Assembly (NCBI RefSeq): GCF_000150275.1 | Contig: NW_002060943.1 | Location: 2,694,462-2,758,461, forward strand | DNA length: 64,000 nucleotides | Source of the DNA: Trichoplax adhaerens | Taxonomy: Eukaryota; Animalia; Placozoa | Direction of reading: 5' to 3' | Shown: positions 26,707-42,440 of the stretch, piece by piece | How the letters are laid out: every line of letters starts with the position of its first letter | Numbering within the stretch: the first letter of the stretch is position 1 | The notes under the pieces: generated by a model | Database searches by the model: none | Told to the model about the DNA's origin: nothing | The model's input: the letters and a program-made list of their open reading frames with translations, nothing else | Position numbers and translations under genes: made by a program

Positions 26707-29700
26707 TAATATTGACGTAGACATCTTGACGCGGTCAACTTCAGTAAACAAAGTCAAAAATTAGTCAAAGGACAGAGTTACACTATGATTAATTCAAATT
26801 ATGCTGACTACCCAGTTAAAGAGTGGTTCTTTACCTTTTATTTATGATATTAATATACGGTATATTTCCAAATTCAATCGTCATCGCGGCGACTATGATT
26901 ATTTTTAGACTTATGTTAATAGAAATGATTAGTTTAAGAATATTCATGATACATAATTAACTCAAGTAAGGACTACTAGATGTACCTATATCAAATAGTT
27001 CGTAGCTCAAATTAAATTTGGTTACTTTTTGGTCATAATTCAATATTATCGATGAATTTCACTCAATAAAATAAAATACAATTTAAGCATGAACATTTAC
27101 CATTCATGATGTCTCCAAACAAACTATCAAATTCGATTTAATTGTTAGTTGTAAAGCAAAAACAACACTGTTCATGCTAAAAATATCTACTATTCAATGA
27201 TCAAAGTCTGAATAAAGATTTTTTCTATTAAACTGAATGTCTTTGTTTTATTTCTACCCAACCAGTTTACTAGCCTCGTAATAAACGCTTGATATTTTAT
27301 AGTCAATAAAGAATCTTAACCCTGCAAAGAAATGCCAAAAATAAACTGGTTTAATCACAGAGAGATTTTTCTGCTTGTTCGACCTTTTATTGGATAATGA
27401 TAATATTCAATTGAAGATATCAACTAATATGTCTAAAATTTTTTGACTGGAATTGATACAATTTAGCCCCTTTAATTACGCGTAGCTGTAGTTGACATTA
27501 GTAATGAAAAGAGTACTCGTTTTCCATACTATCATAGTAAATAACATCAGGTCGATATTATTGGAAATTAAGAAACGAAAATATCGTTTTATTGTTGCGA
27601 TCAATTGTGTCGAAAAAAGATTTGTCGCATTCTATTTATTAATTTTAATTAAATAATGGATGAAACAAAATGCACAAAGTTTTCATATATTTCAATTTTA
27701 TTGGTCATTTTGCGACTAAAAATATGAAAGGATTTCAATGTACGTTATTAAACTACTTCTAACAAGATTAATTTAGTTTATTAAACTAAATTTGTCCTAA
27801 TGAGAGCTTACTGTAGGTAATTGATTAATCTTTACCATTGATCTTTGCAATCATCCATGATTATGAAGCTATAGATAGAGCTTTGTATTTTTGCTAGAGT
27901 ATCAATTTCACAATTGGTATGACGATCGTCATTCTTTCAACAGCTGCATTACGGTACAATGGGCTGCTATAACGAAGTATTTCGATTTGTATGACATTAA
28001 CTCAATTAATTTAGGAAAGTGTTGTATTATGTAATATTATGATTGAAGCCCTGTTATCACTTTAAACAAGCAAAAGACCAGCAGAATTTAGAAGCAACTA
28101 TCCAAATATTTATCTAGATAAGTTATTTAATAAAGTCATTGCATTAAATAGGCATATACCGAATTCATTCACAAAATTTGTTAAGTTTGATAGTATTACT
28201 ACAAACAAACTCTATAAATGCAATTAAAGCACAAATAAGCCACTAAAAATTTCTGACATTGGTAGGTATTAAAATCTACTGTGAGTGTTATAAGTTAATG
28301 TATTGCAAAACTTAAAATCTATAGTATATCGGTATGATACAGAAATAATTCGACAGAATCTTTCCTTTTTATTCATAAACACTATATAAATAGAAACTAG
28401 AAGGCTGCAGTCATATAGTAATAGTAGCTTATTACAGCAATTATATTTTATCAATAACAAAATTTTCTGATCTTTTTCGCGACCGCTTAAAGAATATTAG
28501 TAATAGTCTTAATCGTAAGATATCTTATGAATCGATATTAGTAAAGAATACTAATTTTATTTTATAATTCAAAGTTGTTAAAAAAATTCGTTTAGTAATA
28601 CTGATTGTATTAAATGCATTTCCATACTGTAATTGTCATCGTAGTATACTCGTATACATATGCTGCGGCTAATAATCGAAACTCTTTAACTTAGCATTTA
28701 TTTAAAACATTGACCAATATAACATTAATTAATGATGACTTATTTGAATAAATTATCATTCTTAACAATTCTTACTCAACTAATCAACGTTATTTTTAGA
28801 ATGAGGGAAATTTCATTTGAAGTTAGTATGATTCAGTAACCTTACCTAAATTAGATCAACCTTGGATCTATTCTATCAAAGCATCAATATATTGATTCTC
28901 CACAGTATTTAATAGGATATGTGCTGTATTAAATGGCCTGGTGTAGTAAATTGTAGTTAGGTATTATTTACGCGTAGCACACTACTGGTCTTTTGGAAGT
29001 TAAATTGTATATGTTACGGTATACAATGTATTATTATTTCACCATTAAAATATCTAGATATATGATCCTTAGTGCATCCTATACATTTAAATCAAGTTTT
29101 GAAAGTTTACTGATTCAGCACTGTAATGGGGTAGAATAAATTGGTATAGGTAAATTTGGTAGTCATCGCAGATTTACATGTACTGATGCGTTTGAATAAA
29201 AAAATAGATTTCTATTGAGTACTATAAATCGCAGAAGATTGAAGGCAACTACTGTAAATCGAGATGTAAGCTGCCGTAAAGTAACATGACTAAAATTGGT
29301 AGCGCTAACAGTTATAATAACTAGTCGGGTCAGTACCGCAACAGCTGAGATAGAAACATAAAAATTAGCGATATTTATGTCTTTGGAATGAAAAGACTTT
29401 AAGTGTGGTATAAAGTTATAAATCTGAGATAGATTTCACTTACTATATGTATATATAATTAGCAAAATAACTGTTTGACATCGCCGTAAATTTGAATGCC
29501 ATAACTTTTAATGATATGTTTTTTTTCATAAATTAAAAAAACTCTTATGAGTGATAAAAAACCAGCTGATAACCAAAAGATTAATTTGGTCAAGGTCATG
29601 GTTTAGACGCAATTTTAGTTTTTCCTTTTCTATTAATCATATTTACGAGGTAATAGTAATGTCGGTCAATCTATGAAACGAAGTGATATAGTATCGGCTA

Positions 29701-32700
29701 GCGTTCTAAGCATATAATAATGTTCTTTTAAATTTCAAATTTTTTCAATTGATTTCTTACTTAACAGAATATGCAATATTTCTTAAGCCAAATAAAGTAA
29801 TTTTCTTTAAAGTATTGGATAAATCATCAGATAGCATACTCTTATATCTATTTAAGATCTGGGCTAACCTCAGCTGGCTTATAAGCTAAATTTTGGTCTG
29901 AGCTAGGAGTAACAATTTTCGGTTTAGACTTATGAAGGATACTGAGAAATAGATGCTATTTCTGGCTTTTAGACCTTAAAATTTCTATAAATAGGCTGTA
30001 CTAAAATTTGTAAAGTTAGATAGGAATCAGATCACTATCTCCTTTGTGGCAACAAAACTGCTTAAATCAGCTATACGTGGATAATACAAAGAACGCTATT
30101 TCTGTTGGATGATTTCTAAAACAGGAAAGGCAAAGTTCAGATAACCATTGAAACCAGAAAGCATGATTAAAATGCCTATATCTTGAGTTATAAATTTTAA
30201 GAGTAGAATGTAAAGAATAGCATAGATCCACACTACATCCTGCTATACTTGTAGGTCAAATCGTAATACTGAACAAGTGTATACTTGTAGCACAGCGAGA
30301 CTTATCGGAATAGTCCTCAGTATAAGAACTGATGAATGTAATTCAGTGAAATTTAATACGAAATCGAAGCCTCGTTCTATTATTGCAGAAACTATCTTAT
30401 AGAAAAGTTCTAAGCTCTTTTAGTAAGACCACACTATCGTAGTAGAAATGGAAATAAGATTGGTAGTGTAAAAGGTAGGAAAAGTGTTGTTATAGCTTCA
30501 TGCTACTATGAATTATTGCACGCGATAAATTAATTTTCAAAGACTTTTTCCAGTTTTTTATGAGTGATAGTCTGCATCAAAGCACAAATAACGTTATCAT
30601 TGTTACTAGGGAAAAACAAATGATCCTGTATTACGATAGTTTAAGCAATTGATTTATCTACTATGAACGGAAGGATAATCACTTGTTTTTTCCTCTGTTG
30701 TTTACTCATTACAATACAATAAATAGATTTATGGCTCCACCTTCCACACAAAATAGAATTTAATTCAGTGTTGGTACAGAGCCGAAAGTAGCAGCAAATA
30801 ATGAAGCATTTTCCATCTAATAGATCCCTTGAAATTTTCTCAGCTTGATTACTTTGTAAACAAGGTTGAATCATTTTTATTGACGTAGAAGTAGATATTG
30901 TTCTGATTTCAAAACTTATGTTACAATAATATAATTATCTACATGAAATTGTGCGTTAACTTTAAACACTCATTCTGCATATTCGGCCAAGGATTATGTA
31001 CGCGTACTTTTATTGAATAGGCGGTGGCGGCAAAGGATTTATTTATAAGTACATCTACCGTCCAATCTAGATGGCAATTAAGAAAACGTGCCGACTATGC
31101 TTATGTTTTCATTATGCTTACTGTACTTGGTTGCATGGCCTAAATTTGTTATTTCTTGGACAAACCAATGACGTCAGGTAAGATTCCAATGTCGATTAAA
31201 AACGATAAAATATTGAGTGAAAACTTGTCTTTAGCATATGAGAGAACATTCTTAATCAATTCGGCGATAGCGTTGGCTTCTATTTGCTCATTTATCAATG
31301 AAGAAACCTATATCTAGATAGTTCCTATTAAACTCTGCTGTAAAGCATCGGAATTAAAATCTACTTGATAAATAGACGATAGAGGACAAGGAAGATTTCC
31401 TCTAATAATTAATTCAATCAGTCATCGTTAGTATAAAGAAATATTCGTGTTCTACGGAGGGAAATATGTGTTAATTTACTCATGAGCTATCATCGAAACT
31501 AGCAACTGTCTACAACTACACATGGAGATAATATCATTCAGAAAATCGATGGGGCTCATAGCGAATTAACATTTTCAGAATCGAACATTTGTAATGTGTT
31601 ACTCGCAAGCATTTGGTACTGGTACTGGACCCTGAGTACCCATTAACACCAATTTTGCAGGGTGCTCAACCTAATTGACTTAGCCGATTCTACACGAAAT
31701 AGGGTGAACACTTCGATCTTTTAGTTATAGCGATTATAGTATCTTAGTTATCTTAAAATAATCTTAATCTCTTTATATCATTTCTATAATTAATAGTAGT
31801 TCTATGATAAATAAAAATTTAGTCTAGCTTTGGTTAGTAAAATCAGTGCAAATATCCTGTTGTCATTATTCATAATCCACTATGATCAACAATCTACAGT
31901 ATATTTTTTCAATCTTGATATTACTGATAGAGCAAGGAATTGAAACTACGCTATCTACTGTTTAATCCAATAATTATCAATCATGGTCGGCTTTAAAAAG
32001 TATCAGTAACTAATTTTATAGCCTATAGCTGGGGATAGATGGCCGATTAATTGATCCAATTAAAAATTGATCAATATTCATATTGATCCATGAAAAGGAA
32101 AAGAAGATGATAATAGATACTTCATTGATCAAATATCATTTAAATTATTTTCACAAACGCTAGTTTTTACCTTGATAGTAAAAGTAACGTTATATCTTCC
32201 ATTTTTCATTTAACAGCTTCTCTGTGATTCTTCTAATGTATCTTTTTGGACTGATGCAATCTTGACTAAAATTGCCACTTGGCTTCCTTGAAAATCTCGT
32301 CAATACTAACAAGGAATCGATAACACCTCTAGAAGGCTCTCATCTAGACAGTATTTCTTGACATCTGAAGTTGATCTATTCACATTTAAAAATTTATAGC
32401 AGATAATCCATTGAGCCTCTTATGTTTATAGTCAACCGATTGAGCAAATGGCAATTATTTCATAAATTTAAAGGCTTCTAATATCTTGTAACTAAATTTA
32501 CATTTAACAATCAATCTCTCAATCAGCAAGATTTCAATTTGGAACGTTAAACCTTAATGTGCTTTTTTACTTTGGGTAAGCTAATGACAATATGGGCTAC
32601 AGGATTACCGATAACAGCTTGGTCTAGTAATGGGTTTATTCTTATCGTTAGATAATAGAAATAAATTGGTATTTTAGGCTCTACTAGACCTATTCAGTAT

Positions 32701-32937
32701 TAACTGGAAGGGTTGTAAATCGTTCTATCTCAGCCGAATTCGAAAAGCACCGACAAAATCTTTATCTGACAAAAATTTTGCATTAACAATTTCATTTCAA
32801 TAACCGGAACAATTTGTTAATTCGGTATTATTATTGTTTCTGTCTTAACTCGTATTTAATTGTTTATCTTGGTAAAGACAAGACGAATTGGGATTTTACA
32901 TCAATATTTCGTTTACTTAACAAGATTGATTAGAACT

Positions 32938-35900
32938 ATGGCAATATTTTATTTCCCATCTATTTCATTGCAACTAATTGTCTTATGTGGACTAATAACG
33001 ATCCGTGGCATACTATGCTGCCCGGTTGGATGCCAATGTCAGCCAAGTACATCTTGGTGGTGTCATAATGTTAACATCAGTAGCATTGCTCAGGCTGTCA
33101 ATACTAGCCATGTTACCAGATTGTAAGTATAAGCTACATAGTTAACAATGTTGTACAACTCATAAAACAAAGACTAACCATCGGGTAAATAACGTCGTAG
33201 TATTTATTATACTTTTGTTATGATCTTTTTGAAAGTAAGTATTTTGTATCTATGCAATATCTTANNNNNNNNNNNNNNNNNNNNNNNNNNNNNNNNNNNN
33301 NNNNNNNNNNNNNNNGGTTCGATATAAAATAAATGGGTAGGAAAAACTTCATAAAAGAACTAATTCTTAGCGTGGAATTAAATTACATCTATTGTATAAG
33401 TACACTTTCTACAGTGGTAACCGTGTCTCAATAATGGCCATCAGGTAGTCAGTTTATATTCTATACTTGTACTTTTACATTTAAAAGATTACAGAAATGC
33501 ATACTTTCACGTTCTATACTATCTTTAAACGAGACCTTTCAACTTTGATACATACATCATGAATAAATTCTCATTTAACGTAGAAAATAGGTTTTAAGTA
33601 TGAAAAATATCTCTAAATACGAACATTATTTTTAAGGGTAATTGATTTGACATCATAATTTTTACCGATATAGTGACGATTAAAAATGAGTAACTTAATA
33701 AAAATATCGTCAATAAACACCGTCTGACGAACTATTGAAGTAGATCTGGTAAACAATCATATATAGTTACTTTACGATTTCTGTCTTAATCTTGACAAAG
33801 CAGATTAATATTTAGAAAAATAAATTAAGATATGGTACATACATTTCTGTATGAAAAGAGAGCATTTTTTGTTGACGTATATGCCTTAATTTTCAATTAA
33901 TTGATCGATATTATTATCCACTCACCAGCATGACATGACCTAAGCTAATTGATCAATTATTATACAATAGCCATCAATGGATTTAAAATGTACAAATGCT
34001 ACATTTTATTCACGAAAAATTTTCAATTAGTTAAACACTGATTTGAAGACATTATCCATATTCTAAGACGTATCGAATCGAGAAGTTGATGTACAAATGC
34101 TGTTCAAACAATTACGAAGTATGCTCAATACATCTGTAATCAAAGAGATGTATAAAAAATATTCTAAACTATTTAAGATATCGTAGAAATACAGTCACTA
34201 CTGATGCGCAAGATAGAAGATACTGTCCTTCTAAATATTTCATAGCATCACTTTGATCAATTTATACATGACGGTTATAACCATAAATATCTAAACTATA
34301 GGATGTTCTTGTTATAAAAATACTGTAACTACTGGTACATAACATAGCTTTAAGGTCTATTATGAATTGGTAATGTTTGTTCTACTACAGTAATCTATTT
34401 CTACAGTGCCGTCAGGATAGTAATAGTCTCGAGCATAAGGTAAGAAAGTAGCTTTATTTTACTGCACGGACAGGAATAAAGGCCGAAATTGTATACCAGT
34501 ATATAGGCGTAATTGGCAGTGTAATGGAAATATAAGTGACATTTTAAATGTCTCATAGTATCACTTAGTAGATTTTTAACTTGACGGTAATATCTATAAG
34601 TATCTAAATTATGGAATCTTTTTTAAATAATAATAAGCAGCATCGATAAAGAATTATTTTTAGAATCCCACTAAATATTATACTAAATGTTCATTCAATG
34701 AACTAGGCGAATACTGTCGTTTGTACCTGTGATGGAGGGTTCAAAGAGTCTGCAGACATGGACTCCTTAGGTATTTCACAATAATGATACAAGGGCTTAT
34801 TAGAAAAACAGATATTTATTGTAGAGAATAACTAGGTACAGTGTGATAGTTACTGGTAGATCAGTGTATAAGCTGTCGTGAAGTAACTCGTGCAAATACT
34901 AACACTAACAAGTGCAACTGAACAAATCTGAGGCAAAATCTTCAGCATTCATAGTTTTAGAAAGAGAACACATACTGAGGGCAGGATTGTAGAATTAAAT
35001 ACATCATATGCCATAAACAGGCTATATAATAGTAATTGCAGGAAATAGCAGAGATTAAAGTATTAATATAGCAATTTTCGAGATTTTTCATTACTATAAA
35101 ATATAGAAATAGTATCGGTAATGCTATTCAGTAAGTATAAGATTCAATTATTGTAAATCAAAATCATACAATTTCATTTGGTAACTTTAAACTATTCGAG
35201 ATCTGTTGAATACATAGATCAAAATCTATAGAATATTCACACATTAATTCTGTTGTAACTTAGAGCTTACTCTTGCCTTCACAATCTATTAAACTATCTT
35301 AAATTCTTGAAATAGAACAGGACAGTATTCGTGAAAATATCTTTGACAATTTTGTTGGTAATGGTGCGTGTATTTTATTGCAGTAGCAATTTCAGTATTG
35401 CCATCTTCCATTTTAAATCTATAATATTATACGAATACAGAAAGAAAATATCCGCAAAGCCCTCTTAACAATTTCATTAGATATCAAACAAAGTTATTAA
35501 ATTTGGTATGACCATCTTAGTAATGCTGTTTGAAATATTTATCCTATTGGATATTTCTTTAGAATAATAGGAAGCCACGTTTATAAATCAGCCTTTATAA
35601 TCTCATTAACTATTATGAAAATTTTTTATTTCATAGTGATAATATTCTACTATCGTATCTCAGACTTGTAAATATCTGATTCTTTGCAATACAGAAAATG
35701 ATATCCATATAATGTCTTTGATAAACTATATAGAAATTTACTCGAACCACGTATAAAAATTTTCAGTCTTTGCTGTATTTCAAATATAGCAGTGTCCACA
35801 AAATTTCTTTCACGATCTCATTAAGAAACAATACGGAATCTATTTTAGAAACATAGCTCTTGCAATTGCCGTCCAAAGTTTAAAAATTCCATAACAATTT

Positions 35901-38900
35901 AAATACAGTAATATCGACTAAATACACTAGTTGCCATTGCCGTATTTTGTATTGCGCAGGACAGAGTTTTAATTTCATAACGGAAATTCTTGTATGCTTT
36001 TGCCAATTTTGTAGCTATTACATTGTATGTAAAAATATGATGAAAGATTACACTGTAGATAAAAATGCCTCTTTGTAATCTAGTGGCATATTTTGCTGAC
36101 AGTTTCGTCGCTACAGAACGATTAAAATACGATTGGAACTATTTATTAATCTATATTTCATAAAGTAATTTGGAAATCATTATAACTTAATTTTTATTTT
36201 AAAAATAAGTATCGAGTTGGTCTGCAACGATTTAATAAAATGTCATTCGTTGAACTCATAACTTAAATCAAATTGATAATAAATAATTCTATCTAGTATC
36301 TAATTAAATTGTAACTTAGTAGCGTACAATTTAAGCGTATTGTACATATTTATTGATCTTACGAGTGCGGTAGTCCTTATTTCAAGGCAAATATGTTGTT
36401 TTTCGCATTAGTTGTTGCCGACTAAGTGCAATAGAAGAAAATAGCAAACTTTAAAAAATAATCTGTACTGATTTTATGGTTAATTTCGACTTTGATTTTA
36501 GGAGTATTGACAATACGCATTTCGATTTGGACGACCAGACCTTGCCATCTAAAGTATTTAGACAATTTCATAATCTGGTTTCACTGTAAGGAATTTAATT
36601 TTATAACTAAGCCTTCAAATTGATAAAATCATTTAGTCTGTGCGCTATCTAATGCGGTGATAAATAGAATTTTTATGACCAGATCTTTTATTTCCATTCT
36701 TAGCGAATTAATCCTTGAAAACCTTCGTACCATAAATAAAACTTCATTTTACGGTTTAAATAACCTTCAAGAACTGTAAGACAATTAAGCATTAATTCTG
36801 TATATTGTAAAAGCTATTTCAGTATTGCATATAGAGATCAATCTTGTTACTTGGCTATTCTAACAGACTTTACTAGTATGACCCTTTTTATTTAAATTTG
36901 AATCTGTAGTTAATCGATGGATATCAATGGAGTAAATTTCTCTTACTACCCCTTTTCTATCTCTTTTTTACTAACCAGAGCTATAATAGGATGTCATAAG
37001 CTATCTAAATTTCCGACATTATTGATGCTTTCTAAACTTGAAAAAGTGTAAGTGTGATAATACAGTACGATCCTTTCTGTTAACTGCCGTTGCAATCACT
37101 TAATATGCAGAGTAAATTAAGAATCCTCATAGGAACAATTGAAAACTTTATTATATAAATCTTCCGAGCACGGAACTCTATTAAATATTTCTGGTTCCTC
37201 CTGAATACCTCCAAGATAAAGTAACTCTATACAGAGACCTAAAAAATCAGTGCGATTCCAAATAATTTTGCATGCATTCTGAGTGATGTAGAAACTAAAT
37301 CTGAGGTTATCTCCCTTTAATTTGAGTAAAGTACTATTTTATCCTGTTATATAGACCCATATTAAAAAATCATCACGCAAAATGATTTATAAGAAATTGC
37401 TAACTCCAATTTAAGTTTAAATCTCGCATAGCCACCTAAGATGAAATGGCTAGTAGCTGTCTGTAGAAGAATTCTGTGGCTAATATAGTTCTTGCGATTT
37501 TCGAATCACATAAATCAGTTATTTTGATGAATACTTTATTATATAGGACTAATAGTTTCGTTATCAAGTTTTTTAACTCTAGCTATAAAGATCCTCTAAA
37601 CTAATTAATGGTTCTAAGTACTGCATGATATTAAGCATCATATGGCAGCATATAAGGAATCATGCGATGCCATAAAATGTCGCTTGTAAAGTTTGAACTA
37701 TGTTATATCATTTGCCAAAACTAGCACCTTCTTCATGCCATCTATTTAAGCATACAGTAGTAAAGTTAATTCTCCAAATTTATAATCAACCCGATTTACA
37801 AGATCTACAAAGCCGAATTAAGCTTTATGACAATGAAATTTAATTCAAGTTATAACAGTATCTACCACGTATTACTCCCTATTTACCCGATACAATCATT
37901 TCTAAACTCTAGTACATGGCTTGCTAATTAAGTAGCGGCTGTAGTCTTATGATACTAAAATAATAATTTAATCTCACTGCTAAATTTATAACGCTGTACT
38001 TGCTATTTCTAGTATTACCATTGCAAAGTAGGTAGTACTGTTGTACTAATCTCTTCGCCCGATATCAATATCATATCAAGAATTTTTTCTGTCATCACAA
38101 TAAAGTTTAGATTCTTCAATCATATTTCGAACTATTTTGCTTGCAATTATTTCCAATTATGATAATATAATATCATTTACATGTTGATTATATTTATTTT
38201 TGGTTTAAATAAAATTCTAGAATTATCCGAGGAAGTAAAATAGCGACTATACCTGAAAATTCGTTTCATAATTTATTAAAGATCAACAATATGTAAGATC
38301 CTATTGTAAAAATTCATACTATAGTACATCTTTTCCTACGTTAAAAATTGAATTCTTATAGATATTCTATCATGTTTACTCTTTTAACCATTTATTAGTC
38401 AATTGGACAGCAATAAAATCAGCAAAATCCAGGAATTTGTTTTTAATAACACCGGAGGGGCTTACGGGATAACTATGTAAGTTGGACCATGCTAATTTCA
38501 GCAATTATGATAAAAAAATGAACGCTAAGAACAATCTTTCCATAACAATTTACAGCAATTTAGCGAATAATCCTCTAAAAGAGATGCATGCTAAAGCCTT
38601 TGAGCATTTAAATCCATCATCGATTGGATTGATATCGTTGTAAGATTATAATAAATGTCTAAACCTTGTTTTAATAAATTCGACGTTTTCAATTATATAA
38701 TATAATAACACCATAAGCACTTCTATACTAATATAAATAGAACTCTTTATATCCTTTTACAGAGACATTACCAAAACTGATTTGGAATATTTACCGGTAC
38801 CTAATAATCCAAAAGACTTTTCAAAAAATGGACTCAAAAGTCTTCGCCAACTCCGTGCAAAGGCTGAAGCATTCAAGCGATTACCTTTACCTCAGCAGAT

Positions 38901-40830
38901 TCCTCAAGTTCAAAAAATTCAAGTTCATTATCCCTATTTATGTTGTATATTCCATCGCCATCAAACCGAAGAACGCTTAAAGCAATTCCAAAGTAGCAAT
39001 CTACGGCCGCAACCTAGAAAGGAGAATCCAACAACAAAAGTCGACGCAATGCAAGCAATAAGATCACCTGTCAATAATAATGATGAAGATTATGATGAAA
39101 GAGGATACCATGATGATGACGAAGTAAGCGATTATAAATCAAAAAACCATGTCCTATCGAAACGTAGGGCACAATCTACAGCAAGTCAAGCTGCAACATT
39201 TGGAGAATTTCTATTTCCAACACTTTTTACGCCTACAAAAGGCGATACTGGCATTATTAATCAAGGTGGCGGAGGATTTTCTGGCAATAAAACAACGGTC
39301 GATGGCAACATTACCGATCTTCATCAATGGAATACAAATTCTAGCCATTTCAATTGTACACCAGATCAAGCGGATTGCCTTGATGGTTATGGTGGGTTAA
39401 AATTAGTTCAATGCTTGCCTCAACCCAATGAATTAACGCCATGTGAAGATATGTTGGGCGATTGGTACCTTAAAATATCAGAATGGATCATGTGTTTTAT
39501 ATCCCTTTTAGCCAATACTTTAGTCTTGATGGTGATACTCAATGCAGAAGGCCATCTAACAGTTACTAAATTTCTAATTTGCAATTTAGCTTTTGCAGAT
39601 TTTTGCATGGGGATCTATTTAGCTTTGATGGCTATCACTGATCTAACAACAGCAAATCAATATGCTAATTATGCCATCAATTGGCAAACTGGTGGTGGTT
39701 GTGCTACTGCTGGATTTATTGCTATTTTCTCGGCAGAATTATCTACGATGACATTAACGGTTATTACTATCGAGCGCTATTTAGCCATCGTCCATGCAAT
39801 GTATTATGAGAAGCAGTTAAAACTATTTGGTGCATGTATTGCAATGTCAATTTGTTGGATTTTATCGATTGTACTGGCACTATTACCAATTGTTGGAGTG
39901 AATAGTTATTCATTAATATGTATCTGCTTACCAGCTGATTTTACAAGTTCCATGTCGGTAGGTTATATTCTGATATTAGTCGGCATTAACGCATTAGCTT
40001 TCATCTTGATTGTCTATAGCTATTGTGTCATGTACTATACAGTACATTCAACGCATAGCAGTGGAGGGAATAGGGCAACACAGGAAGCGGATCGTCGTAT
40101 TGCCAGACGAATGGCATTATTAATCTTTACTAATTTTGCATGTTGGACGCCTATCGCTTTTTTTGGCTTTGGTGCAGCCTTAAAATTGAATTTAATTACA
40201 GTTTCTAGTGCCAAGTTTCTATTAGTATTTATTTTTCCCATTAATGCCACCGCTAATCCATTCCTCTACTCTATCTTTAATCAATTATTTCGTAAAGACT
40301 TACATCATGTCATTGCTAAATGGAATTTGAACTGTTCTTATCGCCGTCGTCGATTATCCAGCGCTACCAACGCTAATCTTTCCCATAATACTGGTATGAA
40401 AAGTCGATCAACGCGTGCCTCCTCATTAATAGTGGATAGTCGAAAGCGAAATAGCAGCGTAGGAGGAGATAGATTATCAGTTAGTGTATTCGGCGGACTA
40501 ACAAGGATACTTAAATTATCCAATTCACCCGCGGATAATGCTAACTTAGCCGGAAGCAATTCCAGTATTGGTCATCAACCTCGATGTAGTATGGTATCTA
40601 CTGAAGATCGAGCTGGTGAAGTATTATCGGCAGAAATAATCCGTGAACAACAGATTGATCGCAGCTATCGTAAAATCAAGCCAGCAAAAAGATATAGCCA
40701 GGCGTTAAAGTGTGACTTGTCAGATATTAAAGAAATGTCTTATATTGATGACTGTCAAGTTTCCAAAAATGCGCAGCTACATAAATCATCTCAATTATTG
40801 AGACGTGACTGCATAGAAACTGTAGTTTAA
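32938..40830 (+). CDS. Leucine-rich-repeat GPCR (LGR, glycoprotein hormone receptor-like)
   Basis: Exon 32938-33122 encodes a signal peptide and LRRNT (CPVGCQC). Phase-2 LRR exons: 36502-36585, 36704-36775, 36979-37047, 38221-38292, 38399-38476, 38556-38639. The large terminal exon 38763-40830 has the hinge (YPYLCCIF...PNELTPCED) and 7TM (NLAFADFCMGIYL, WQTGGGC, ERY, ANPFLY). Extra exons may be hidden in the gapped first intron. Confidence 0.92.
33265..33315. other. Assembly gap (N run) in LGR intron 1
   Basis: Run of N characters. Confidence 1.
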
Positions 40831-41689
40831 ATTTTTTCTCTTCCCCAACTCAAAAGTACAGTACCGTATTTATTTGTTCATCAGATTTAATTGGTTCCAA
40901 GTTAGAGACGTACGTATTAAATGCGTAGCTCAAATGATCATTTCTCCTTTTGATTTTGTCTTGAAATATATATTCATCTAAGAGTTCTAGTGAAGATATG
41001 CAAATTATAAAATCAACCTTCTTCTTTCAGGATATCATATGGAATTTTGCTATATAACAGTTATGAAAATTTAGTTCAATCTCATGACTAAAACATGTAA
41101 TGAGTACAAAAAAATCGATAGCATACATCAAACTTGCCTACTTGTATTTCCCTGGAAAAGGTGGCTATACTGTAGCTATTTCTGTCATACGATTACAGGT
41201 TGGCAGCTGATGTATGTGGGAAATCTTTTCTTCGTTCTTACGATAAAGGACTGTCATGAAAGCATATTTAATAATCCGATGTGTTCTATAGTAAGCAAGC
41301 ATCATTTTTAGATATTGATATCCCTTTTAAAGGAGGAGTACCTTAAAACAGGATTACGTTTCTGGCGACGAACTCGCTATTAAATATCCTGTAAATTGTA
41401 ATCTGTGCCTTGTAACTGATTTATATATAATAACGGCAATTATTTTACGAAAAATCATGTAATTTTAAATTCTTAACAATATCGATCATCACACTAGCAC
41501 ATATACTCCTGATATAGGGCGCGAATATATAAAATCTTATTCCCTTATGTTAAATTATCGATTAAAATATACGCATTGCTAGCAAAATTAATATTAGGAT
41601 TAATGACTAAAACAGATCAAATTCTGTAAAAATTGCGAATATAAATTTAGAATAAAGACATTTACCCATGTAAGATATCTTCATAAGGT

Positions 41690-42440
41690 GTACAGTTATA
41701 TAATTTGAATCGTATTATACAAATGTATTAAAGTTGAACTTTATCTTTACCAGTATGCAATAGCTTTCAAAAATATCTGGTATAGTAAGATATTCATCTG
41801 CCCAAGTTACCTTTATAAAGTAGTCAGTTATATAGTTTGGATCCTAATATATAAATGTACTAAAGTTGAACTCTTTGTTTATAGAATAGCTTTTGGAATA
41901 TCTGGTATACTCCAAGTTGCTAAAGCTTTTGGACTTTAATTAATTTCAATTTTAAAAAATTAAGATAGAAATGAGTCATTGAATAAGTAATGCCAATTCT
42001 GCAAGTGTTCTATTGTGGATCGTGCTCCGCCAGTTGTTGAAATTGAAAGTGCGGTAACTGATCATCGCTGCTAATGGTATTAATTTAATATCTACTGGAT
42101 TAGAACTTCTAGTATTACGCAGCACAGATAGAAATAAGTCATTGACCGATAATGCTAATTTCTGTAAGAATTTTATGATTGATTATGCTCTATCAACTGT
42201 TAAAATTTAGAGTTACTAATGATATTAATTTAATACCTACAGGATTAGAAATTCAAGTATTCATGCAGCGTATATAGGAACGAGTCATTGACAAAATAAT
42301 GTTAACTACTGCAAATGTTGTATTATCGATTACACTCTGTCAACTGTTAAAATTTAAGGCGCGATAATTGATGATCGTTATTGATCGTGTCAATTTAATA
42401 TCAACTGGATTAGGATAGGAATTCAAGCATTCGTGCAGTT
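41690..42440. repeat. Degenerate tandem duplications (2 x ~130 bp, then 3 x ~150-165 bp)
   Basis: cagttatata..taaagttgaact..atatctggtata occurs twice. agtcattga..aatttaata..ggattag..gcag occurs three times, at about 41966, 42130 and 42278. Confidence 0.75.

Noticed and set aside
39149-40559. Short alternate-frame and antisense ORFs within the LGR terminal exon
   Set aside because: Shadows of the real CDS.
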